A DNA stretch of 64,000 nucleotides from Yuukianura sp. NJ FZ-2021 (taxonomy: Eukaryota), in assembly GCA_046563655.1 (NCBI GenBank), contig CM102283.1, positions 372,001 through 436,000 of the forward strand. Reading direction: 5' to 3'. Below are positions 24,496 to 33,900 of the stretch, piece by piece. A model generated the notes under the pieces. It was given only the letters and a program-made list of their open reading frames with translations. It was not told the DNA's origin and did no database searches. The first letter of the stretch is position 1. Every line of letters begins with the position of its first letter. A program made the translations under genes and the position numbers.

Positions 24496-25899
24496 CTAAA
24501 TCCGATTCCTCCCGAGTGCTCCATCCAAAACGACAGGCACTTTCACATTGTCACTCACTAAATCACTTTTCACTTGAATGGAAGTTGTCAAGACAACTCC
24601 CTTTGTATCCACATCATCAATTTCACTTTTTAAATTCATGTTCGGCAAAATTCTTTCTAAAAAACTGAGTCCACTACACTTCCACAAACTTTCAGCACCT
24701 CCTTCCTTCACTTTACGGGACAGTGAGACCCTCGGCTGAACTCGTGGACAATGAGCAGAACTCAAACACAAATAAGCGGAGGCCAATAAATTGACTCCCA
24801 TAAAGTGCCACAGATTCTGAGCTCCACCTTCCTTCACTTTACGGGACAGTGAGACCCACAACTCAGAATTTGTACACAGAAAACCACCGCACTTCAACCA
24901 AACTATAACCAATAATTTCACATAATCACTTTTGCACGAACTTTTAAGTTTTTCACTTTTTAAATTTTGAGGGAATGAGACCCTGAAGACAACAATGCAT
25001 GTAGCATAAGAAACGCTGCGAGCCAGCCATGCCAGGACAACGATCTTCATTTCAATTTTAAACTCATTTTCCATTTCTTCTTTCTTCACCCTTAGTACCG
25101 CAGCACTGTAACTCTCACTTTTGAAAACTTGAGTAACGCCGCACTTCAGCACTGCCGGGCTAACGTTCTCCTTAATTTTCACACTCAACACTAACACTTT
25201 TCGTAAAAGCTCACTTTTTGGAGCTTGAGTAACGCTGCGAGCCTCGCCATTTGTGGCTGGGACAACGTGCTCTGTCTTGGTAACTTTCATACCGAAGACT
25301 TTCTTTAGAAGCTCTCTTTTTGGAGCTTGAGTAACGCTGCGAGCCTTGTCACTTTGGACCGGGACAACGTACTCTTGAGCGACGTCGGAAGATTGAGGCC
25401 TCGTTCCCGAACATCTCTCTTCAATGAGGACTACTTTCAACCCCTCATTCTGCGTCAGTATGCCACCCCCGTGGTCATACTCTTCTTCCATGGTAACACG
25501 ACACACTACACAATTCACTTCACTTCTCACTTCCCGGATCCTTGGCGGGATGAAGCACAGTACCGCCATGCGCATTAGCGAATAACTGTCTTCGGGAGAG
25601 TCCTCGTTCACTGTACAATCTTCATCTTCTAATGGCACTGGATCCCGTGAAAAGGCGTCCCCTTCCGCAGACATCCAGCCATATTGATGCTTCTCTGGAA
25701 CTCTCCATGACTTAATCACCAGATCCTCCAAAATCCTCTTGTTTTCCTTCTTCTGCCACACGAAACCACTATTTACAAAATCGAACTGACTAATATACAA
25801 TTCCATATTTACACCACAACACTGAACTACTTCGTCCGGACACAACTTTACACTAGGGTGAATGATGGACGAAATGTCATTCCCCTTCTTCAGTTTAAA
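24496..25899 (-). CDS. ORF2 in the -1 frame (about 467 codons): repeat-containing protein of unknown function, possibly derived from a dead retropepsin
   Basis: Open for about 1.4 kb; about 34-aa repeats (ARSVTQAPK.ELL.KV) and VSLSRKVKEGGA twice; no D(T/S)G, YxDD or integrase motif. Confidence 0.55.
   Translation of the reverse strand, partial: FKLKKGNDISSIIHPSVKLCPDEVVQCCGVNMELYISQFDFVNSGFVWQKKENKRILEDLVIKSWRVPEKHQYGWMSAEGDAFSRDPVPLEDEDCTVNEDSPEDSYSLMRMAVLCFIPPRIREVRSEVNCVVCRVTMEEEYDHGGGILTQNEGLKVVLIEERCSGTRPQSSDVAQEYVVPVQSDKARSVTQAPKRELLKKVFGMKVTKTEHVVPATNGEARSVTQAPKSELLRKVLVLSVKIKENVSPAVLKCGVTQVFKSESYSAAVLRVKKEEMENEFKIEMKIVVLAWLARSVSYATCIVVFRVSFPQNLKSEKLKSSCKSDYVKLLVIVWLKCGGFLCTNSELWVSLSRKVKEGGAQNLWHFMGVNLLASAYLCLSSAHCPRVQPRVSLSRKVKEGGAESLWKCSGLSFLERILPNMNLKSEIDDVDTKGVVLTTSIQVKSDLVSDNVKVPVVLDGALGRNRI
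25855..25899 (-). promoter_or_regulatory. Predicted -1 programmed ribosomal frameshift signal
   Basis: Minus strand: U_UUA_AAC heptamer (25893-25899) in the Gag frame just before the UGA, 6-nt spacer, then stem AGGGGAAUGA / UCAUUC(A)CCCU. Confidence 0.75.
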
Positions 25900-26639
25900 T
25901 TTTCTGATACATTTACATCTTCTGCACAATCACTTTCCTCTCCATATTCGCCATATCCTTCTGAAACTTTTTCCAAATCAGCTGATCCACTAGCCAAAAT
26001 CACTGGCGTTGGACACTGATACTGCTTATGGCCGTAGCCAGAGCAACGATAGCATAATATGTCTTCGTACTTCTGCGGAGTCACATATTTAATCACTTTT
26101 CCCTTTCCACGGGTACTAACACTTTTACCATAATTGCCACGACCACCACTTCTCCCAAAAATTTTTGTCGAGCGGAAGCCAACGGTGTTGACTCCCATAG
26201 GTCTTCCGTAATTTGCATGATTTTGGTGGCTCTCATGTGCCACCATAATGTCACTTGTCACTTTTCTTGAATTAGAAATTTGTGATCGCACTTGGTCACA
26301 TTTCACACATTTGTTGTTCACTTGGTCACATTTGTCACATTTCTGGTTCACTTCAACCACTGAGTCACTCAACTTTTTTAGATTACACATTGACACTGCT
26401 GCCGCCTTCTTCATAGTGGCAGAGTCTGGAACTACCAACTTGATTGGTGCTGAGACGAGTTGCACGCTTTGCAGGGCCGAAATCAGCGCCTCTGTCGAAT
26501 GTGCACTTTCACTTTCACTAGAAGCCACCGCAGCGACTCCCTCTGTCACTTTCTGAACTACATCCTGCATGCTCTCCACGACTTTGTGCAATACCACATG
26601 CACAATTTTTGCTACATCTTCTTGTGTGTAAGTTGCCAT
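25890..26639 (-). CDS. Short Gag-like protein (about 249 aa from ATG 26639) with one CCHC knuckle
   Basis: RG-rich segment followed by CYRCSGYGHKQYQC (CX2CX4HX4C). First ORF after the PBS. Confidence 0.7.
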   Translation of the reverse strand: MATYTQEDVAKIVHVVLHKVVESMQDVVQKVTEGVAAVASSESESAHSTEALISALQSVQLVSAPIKLVVPDSATMKKAAAVSMCNLKKLSDSVVEVNQKCDKCDQVNNKCVKCDQVRSQISNSRKVTSDIMVAHESHQNHANYGRPMGVNTVGFRSTKIFGRSGGRGNYGKSVSTRGKGKVIKYVTPQKYEDILCYRCSGYGHKQYQCPTPVILASGSADLEKVSEGYGEYGEESDCAEDVNVSENLN

Positions 26640-27720
26640 GGCCCAATCACCCGCAGGAGACGGCACTGTATCACTAAACACGCACACTGAGGCGAACTAC
26701 ACAATGAATGAAATGTTCTGCCGCAGCAAAAACTAGATCCGTCTTCGGTACCAAAATGGTACTAATTAATCACTTCTTTATCTCGGAACTTCACAAATTA
26801 CACTGATTCTTGGTCATTCGTGACCTTTGACATGAGCGGAGGCCACTGCCAGTGACTCCCAGATGAATAAATTGGCGAAAGCCGCTGTTAGCGACTCTCC
26901 AATATGAATCACATGAATGAACACTTTTTTTATGTACAAAACTCACAAATTTTACTCACTTTTATCTTTCCTGACCTTTGGTGACCTCCAGGTCACTGGA
27001 TCTGCTCACAAACGGTCGCCATGTGTAACGCCCTCCGACGCTAGAACAACTGAAAAACAATCCTCACCAGACTCTCTCTGAGCCCACAGGCTCCCAGACC
27101 CAAATAACCTCCAAGAAATCACCACTGCAAAACCATCGGCGAATAATAAATATATGTATATATTTATTGAGTCGATGAATAATATACACTGAAACAACTG
27201 CTAAATACTGATCATAACTACTGATCGCTCCAACTCACTCAATAGCCAATCCAAGACTAAACTCTATCTACAGAAACGCATCTCTCTCTGCCTCGCTACA
27301 TCTCAAAACTCCCGCGACTCCACTCGCCGCATCTCTCTACAATCTCAATAAGATATAATCTTTTGGCTACGAAGCCTACGCAGCAGACGCCAACATTGTG
27401 TTCTAGTTCCAATTTATTAACTCGTGTGTTAGTTCAGAATTTAGAAATTTATAGTGCTTTACCATTCAGAAGGGGTGCAACGTGGTTAGTTTTGCCTTAT
27501 CGTAACCATGAGGAAAAAAACGAATTTTGAAGTAAACAATCTGCACGGAATTTTGACTTGGACTAGGTTAGGTTAGGTTAGATCCATATGAAATGTGACA
27601 AAAGTGGTCAAAACGTTTACAAGATCTGCGGCTGGGCTTGACAAAACGTCTCCAGCTGACCTGCGACCTGCTGATGTACTTGAGAGAACAGCAGTCTACT
27701 TATATGGCGAGTCAGTCAAG

Positions 27721-28130
27721 TACTACTGTTCCTAGCAACTTAACTTGAACAAAACGTTGGTGTTTTTCTACTGGGCGATCAGCGAAAAAAACGAACGCTT
27801 TTGCAAAAATCTCACATCGCCCCAACGACATGTGAGATTGTTTGAACAATAAGAGAAGGTTTATTAACTAAAAAAGTTAAAAATATGTCAAATGTATTTA
27901 AAACGGACTTTTAAAAATGCAGGAAACGCTCACAATTAATTTTCCAGTTTCTTTAAACGTCATTTGTTAAATTTATTTGAAACATTTTAAACTTCGGTAG
28001 TTATATTGTTCAAACAATCTCACATATCGTTGGGGCGATGTGAGATTTTTGCAAAAACGTTTGTTTTTTCGCTGATCGCCCAGTAGAAAAACACCAACGT
28101 TTTGTTCAAGTTAGGTTGCTAGGAGTAGTA
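27721..28130. mobile_element. MITE with about 125-bp inverted arms in an intron of the SAC3-like gene
   Basis: tcctagcaacttaacttgaacaaaacgttggtgtttttctactgggcgatcagcg is inverted at about 28005-28124. Confidence 0.85.
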
Positions 28131-28824
28131 TTTCTCCCCAAAAGTTGGCTGAAAACTAAAGAATGCATTTAATTTTCAGAATCTTGACACGCAGAGATGA
28201 GCAGTTTACAACTATTTACGACTTTATATTTGATCGTCTGCGCGCTATACGGCAGGATTTGGTTATTCAACGTATCACGGACTCGTCAGCAATAAGAATC
28301 CTAGAGTCAATGGTTCGCTTCCACATTTATTCTGCATGTCGGTACTCGGTAAGATTCAAATCGTTTCCAATGTAACTTAAATTCATCTGAAATCATTTTG
28401 TTCACAGATGTAGACACGAACCACCTACCACCTTTGACCCGAATGCCAACCGGAAGCATCTCATGGACAATCCTAAACGTTTGTTGTCTCTGTACGAGCT
28501 CAATTCCTACTGGAAACCACGTCGTGCTGAATTTGAATCACTCTATGTCATTCTCTGTCCAGAATCTGGAGAAGTACTTCGGAGAGCTCTAGCCATGAGA
28601 GGTCAAGATGATCTCAAGTTAGTAAGGTCGTAACAGTTGTCATAACTTACAGTTACAGTACTAATTTTTAACTTCATGTATGTTCTTAATTTAGGGACGA
28701 CAAGAACTATCAACGTGCAACTCAAATGTCCTTGTGCTACCAGTGTAACAACTTCGTCAAGTATTTCAGACTGCTCAAACTACTGCCGTCGTTGATGTGT
28801 GCTGCTGCGTTTGAACATACAAGG

Positions 28825-29217
28825 TAGTGCTTCAAGTTCGAACTTTAGAGTTCGAACTTTCGAACTCGAACCTAGATGTTTTTCCAGGTTCGAAGTTCGA
28901 ACTTACATATCAATATTGGCAAATATCCAGTAATGCATGGATTTCAACCAAATCCGAAGCATATTGCCACTGAAAGTAGTAGCTTTAGTCCACTTTAACC
29001 CTATTGTTTTAACTTAGTTTTTGAAAAAGAATTCAAATACAGAGGGAAATGCACTTCGGATGTGAATTCCGAAATTTATAACCCTCACCATTTTTTCCAC
29101 CGCCCCTTGCTTTTTGCACGTAAAAAAAGGTTCGAAAGTTTGAACTTGCTCTTCAGAAAGTTCGAACTTAGGTTCGAAGTTCGAACTTTTCATTTTGGGC
29201 CCGAACTTGAAGCACTA
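28825..29217. mobile_element. hAT-type MITE inserted in a coding exon
   Basis: 16-bp perfect TIR tagtgcttcaagttcg, 8-bp TSD atacaagg (28817-28824 and 29218-29225), internal ttcgaac repeats. Confidence 0.92.
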
Positions 29218-29445
29218 ATACAAGGAAGCTTCGTCTGTAAGTTTAATCCATTGGAGCCTTGTCAATAATGTTCTAAACTTTGTATGTGAAATTACGTTGA
29301 ATAACAGCATACATAGACAAAAATTTACAACTGGCGTTGAATTGTGTCAACAGAAAATCTTCCGAGGTCATCTCCAAAGGTTTTGGGTCATCAATTTGCA
29401 AGTATCCTCTCCTCAATCTTCAACCACTTTTACTCTATCCTACAC

Positions 29446-30259
29446 CAAGATTGCTATAGCGACCATTTGTACTAAAATGGCGTAGAAGGTTATGTCATAC
29501 CTCCGATTTAAAAAAAAACAAGAAAAAACAACTTTGGTACGAATTTCATACGAATCACATTTGATTCAGATGGCGAGAGGCAACGAATCGCAGAAAAAAT
29601 TCAAAACAAACAATATTTCTTAAGAAGGAATCACACATGGCAACGGTGGGTCTCGTTTCGCCTTAAATTAATTAACTTTGACGCCTAATTAGAAGTCACA
29701 GGTATAACGTAGAAATGTCTACAAGGGCTCTAAAAATTCGTCATTATCTGTAGAATGCAGAGCCTTGAACCAAACTTGAATTTTTGTTGTGAAGTGATAC
29801 TAAAAATTGAATACAAGGTTCAATTTTTTCTACGCGTCGAATGATACCAAAATTCGGGAATTTGGTCAAGGCGGCTTAAGCGCCATGGTCTTCCGGATTT
29901 TTAGACACCTCAAACACATTTCTAGGTCTTATAATGAAATCTAATTAGCAAAAGTAGATGAAATTCTGAGGCAATTTACAAATTTGCAAATGTCGGCAAT
30001 GAAATTAGCCGTTTCCATGGGAACATGTTGATTGTTTTGTTCCAGCTTATTTGATGTGTTGTACCCGGAAAAACTTTGATTCGTCAACCATTCAAAACAG
30101 TGCCGACTTTTGCACGTTTGAGCAGTGATTTTGCTTGGTTACTAACGGCAATGACTGACACCAAATCGTAAACAAACGCTGCCTCTTACCCGTCCTTAAA
30201 CCGTAGTTATGACATAACCTGTTACGCCATTTGTATAAATGGTTGCTATAGCAATCTTG
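29446..30259. mobile_element. Non-autonomous TIR element with 9-bp TSD inserted in a coding exon
   Basis: TIR caagattgctatagc(g/a)accattt, TSD atcctacac (29437-29445 and 30260-30268). Introduces an in-frame TAG four codons in. Confidence 0.9.
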
Positions 30260-30901
30260 ATCCTACACTGGACCAAGTTGAAACTGATCTACGATTACTC
30301 AATGTCCAAGTAGTACAAGACTCCACGAAGAATCGAGTTGCCGTTTTTGGAAAATCCTCCGTTTTTGATCAAAATCTGGTAAGAAGATAAATGGAGGAAG
30401 AACACCGACTTTTTTAAAAATGAATTTAACGCTTTTTGCCAAAAGGCTTTTGGAAATCATAAACTTTTTGTTTTGTAAAGTCACTTTTTATTTTGATTTT
30501 TTTCTTAGGTGGATTCTATTACTAGTAGCGACCTTGAATCTCTCTGCGGAAGTAGCTGCATCATGCAACCTGCTCAGATTGACGCTGCTGCAAAGCTCAT
30601 TTGTCCTCAAGTCACCATCATCTCCAACACTGTCACTTCCAGGTCAAGGTCAGATCCAGATCCTCCGTCGTCCTTGAAAGAAGTGTCAAAGGTCACGCGA
30701 GACTGGTTTAGTAATAGTAGTGACGAAGAGAAGTGATTATTGGAGTTCATTGTTCTCAACTGACCATGATGTTGACCTTGATCATTTCAAGGTCAACATC
30801 GAAAGCCTTTTGTTCCCAAGTGATAAACAAGGCGAGTAGTAATAGACAAATTCAACTTGGAAATATTTCAAGTTCATAGTCATTGTACGTCAATATTTTT
30901 C

Positions 30902-33900
30902 TGTTCTGGCGTTAGCGTCAGAATTATTTTCTCTTTAATTTCAACACTTCTCCTATAGATTTAAGTGTAGTATTAAGAAGTGGAAAGAGCAGGAGCTTAG
31001 TTATGCGCATTACTTGCTCCGCCTATTCCTCCACGTCAGCTCCACGTCTTCAACAATAGTACATAGCATAGAATACATACACAATTCAATCAGTCTTAGA
31101 ATTCTCTACCAATTCAATTCGATCTTTCAATTCAACTTTCAATTAATTGTTTTTCTTTTCATTTAAGTATTTAATTAAAAGTAATTGGTTTATTTGACAT
31201 TACTGGATTGATCTCAACATCGTTCACATCATTTCAAATCCATTCTCACTTGAATTCTGCACATCTTATGGCCGCGATCAACTACATGGTGCCGAAAGAC
31301 GGTTCGTTGGATCTTTGGTAACCGGTATCAGTAACCAACGAGCATTAATCAATTGACCTAACATTAAAGGTTGTAGGTGTGTTTAACTTTCGCCATTTGA
31401 GTGAGTAGTTTCAGTATGTCAGACAACAATACAGAAGGAATGGAGACTCGGTCTAAATCAAAACTTAGATCTCAAACAGAGGAGGATCCGGTGACACCAC
31501 CAGTGTCAACTGAAGTCAATCCACAAACTGCTCCAAGAATCCCCGTACCAGTCGTTACTAAGTCGAAAACTACCGAGTCTGCATCATCCTCCAAATCAAT
31601 CGCTATTCCAACGATAGATCCTGAAATGACCAGACTACGCATGATGCACAAGGGACTCGATATCAACATTCAATTCCTCTTCAACAAGGTCACTGAATAT
31701 GCAGATGACCCGAGTAAGGCCACAAAATCAGTCATCGCTTCCGACAGAAGAAAACTAACCAAACTGGAGTCGTCTCTCTCCGAGTTGAGTTCGTCTCTCT
31801 TCGCCTGCTGTCAGAACGATGCTCAAGTCATGGCTCAAGCTACTGCTGCTAACGTGAGCAACGAAATGATTGACCAAATCAATGATGTCTTGTATTCAAT
31901 TGAGTCACAAGCTGCCGCCTCTGCCACTGCTGGGTCAAGGGTCAAGCTACCAAAACTTGAACTACCCACATTTGATGGAAGGTATGAGAAGTGGCCAGCC
32001 TACCGTGATCTCATAACCACTTACATCGTTGAAAACAATCAACTCTCGGGATGTGAGAAGTTCGGCTACCTCAAACCTACTCTCAAGGGCGAGGCTGAAC
32101 TAATCATTCGCAACTTCAGCAGTACAAACAACAATTTTGAAGAAGCATGGAATTTGGTGAAATCCAGATATGAGAACAACCGGGAAATTGTGTTCTCAAT
32201 TCTCAAACAACTGCTGAGCACAAAACCAATCACCAATGAGAATTCCCAGAATCTCAGGAAACTAATTGACAATTTCAACGAGTGTTGCAGATCCTTATCA
32301 AATCTAAAGGAGCCTGTTAATTCGTGGGATTCGATTTTAGTTTTTCATCTAGTGGAACGTCTCCCTCCAGAATGCAAAAGGGACTGGGCAAAGTCTCTCA
32401 AGGGGACCAATGTACCAAAATTGGCAGAAGTCATGGAATTTTTGGAAGATTACGTTAGAGGTCTGCTTGCGTCTACCACCACAACAACCAAATCAAATTC
32501 AGAGGGTGGAAAACCAGCAGAGAAGAAGGCTAATGTGGCATCCAAGCCTACCGTATCGGAATCAAATCAATCGGTGTCATCATTGCCTACTGAATCTTCC
32601 AGACCAACTCAACCTCTGCGAAAATGCCCAATGTGCCAGTCCACAGATCATGGTCTCTACAAATGTGGGGATTATCTGAAATTGTCAACGGAGGAACGTT
32701 CAAAATTCGTGGGAAGTAAGTCATTGTGCATAAACTGTTTAAAATCAGGTCATTGGGGCAAGGACTGCAAAGGAAAGTTCCGGTGCCTAAAATGTAAAGG
32801 CCGTCATCACACCACGCTTCATTTTGAAAAATCAGATGACAACAAATCTACTGCTCCATCAACTTCATCTCAAGGGTCAACAACCAATTCACTTCAATCA
32901 TCGTCTGCTAGAGTCTTACTCTCTACGGCAGTGGTTGACGTCATGGACTCTGATGGTGAGTTGGTTCAATGTCGTGTTCTGCTTGATCAGGGCTCTGAAT
33001 CAAGTATGATCACAAATGATTGTGTCAAACGACTTGGTTTAATCAAAACTAAGTCCAACGTTTCAATTACTGGAGTGTCAGGTGCAAGTGTCGGTAAGGC
33101 ACTTGGTGAGGTAAATTTCATTGTCAATTCTCGGGTAACTAATTTTCATGTAAATGTCAATGCTCTAGTGCTTAACAAAATCACAGGTACAATTCCCTCA
33201 TTCAAATGTGAGAAAATGGAATGGAGTCACATCTCAAATCTGCGATTAGCTGACCCCCATTTTCTGGAGCCAGGAGACATTGACATTCTGATGGGTGCTG
33301 AGTTTGTCGCTTACCTTAAGACGGGGAAGAGATCAGAAGGACCGCTTACTCAACCAATTGCTGAGGAAACAAAATTCGGGTGGGTTGTATCTGGTCCAAT
33401 TAACTTTCCTTCTAGGTCTGTTTCATCTCATCACATCCAAATTGTGACCGAGGATCCAATTCCAAAGTTTTGGGAAATTGAGGATGTACCAAATCGTCCT
33501 CACCTCACCAAAGACGAAGATGACGCTGAAAAACACTTTGTTCAAACTCACACTAAAGGAGAAGATGGTAGACTCCAAGTAAGTTTTCCATTTAATCCCA
33601 AGATTGAAATTTTAGGTGGGTCTAGAACCATGGCATTACGGAGATTCTATAATCTCGAGAAGCGACTAAAGCAATTTCCGGATCTGAAACCCGAGTACCA
33701 TCGCTTCATGGAGCAATACGAAGAACTGGGTCACATGGAACCAATTCCAGACTCCGAGTGTGGTGAGAAAATTGGTAAAACTAACTACCTTCCTCATCAT
33801 TTTGTACTGAAGGAGACTTCCAGTACTACCAAACTTCGTGTTGTCTTCGATGGCTCAGCAAAGACAACAACCGGAATTACTTTCAACGAGTGTCAATTGG

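Larger units (their letters stand above)
23963..27395 (-). mobile_element. Non-autonomous Ty3/gypsy-like LTR element (3.4 kb) with two ORFs and no RT, RNase H or integrase
   Basis: 372-bp LTRs 27024-27395 and 23963-24334 (3 substitutions by eye), 4-bp TSD ttgt, PBS tggcgaccg, PPT ggagaggaatg. Confidence 0.9.
16555..27565 (+). mobile_element. IS630-Tc1-mariner superfamily element (internally deleted) hosting two nested LTR elements
   Basis: 31-bp perfect inverted terminal match including the outer TA (tagtccaagtcaaaattccgtgcagattgtt) at both ends. Spliced transposase remnant from 16927: KRTAQALKVSERMV (HTH), then HILWLPVAHCELNPIELIWAAVK, with an acidic tail ESSSESDTSSDEE* after the BEL. The first two catalytic Asp regions are missing. 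Confidence 0.85.
27598..30736 (+). pseudogene. SAC3/GANP-domain gene (SAC3D1-like), 5'-truncated, with TE insertions in two exons
   Basis: Exons about 27598-27710, 28180-28341, 28408-28617, 28695-29236, 29354-30378 and 30509-30736 join in frame via GT-AG introns once the TEs are removed: VVKTFTRSAAG..LRPADVL, YDFIFDRLRAIRQDLVIQ, MVRFHI, AEFESLY, NNFVKYFRL, SICKYPL. Confidence 0.85.
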
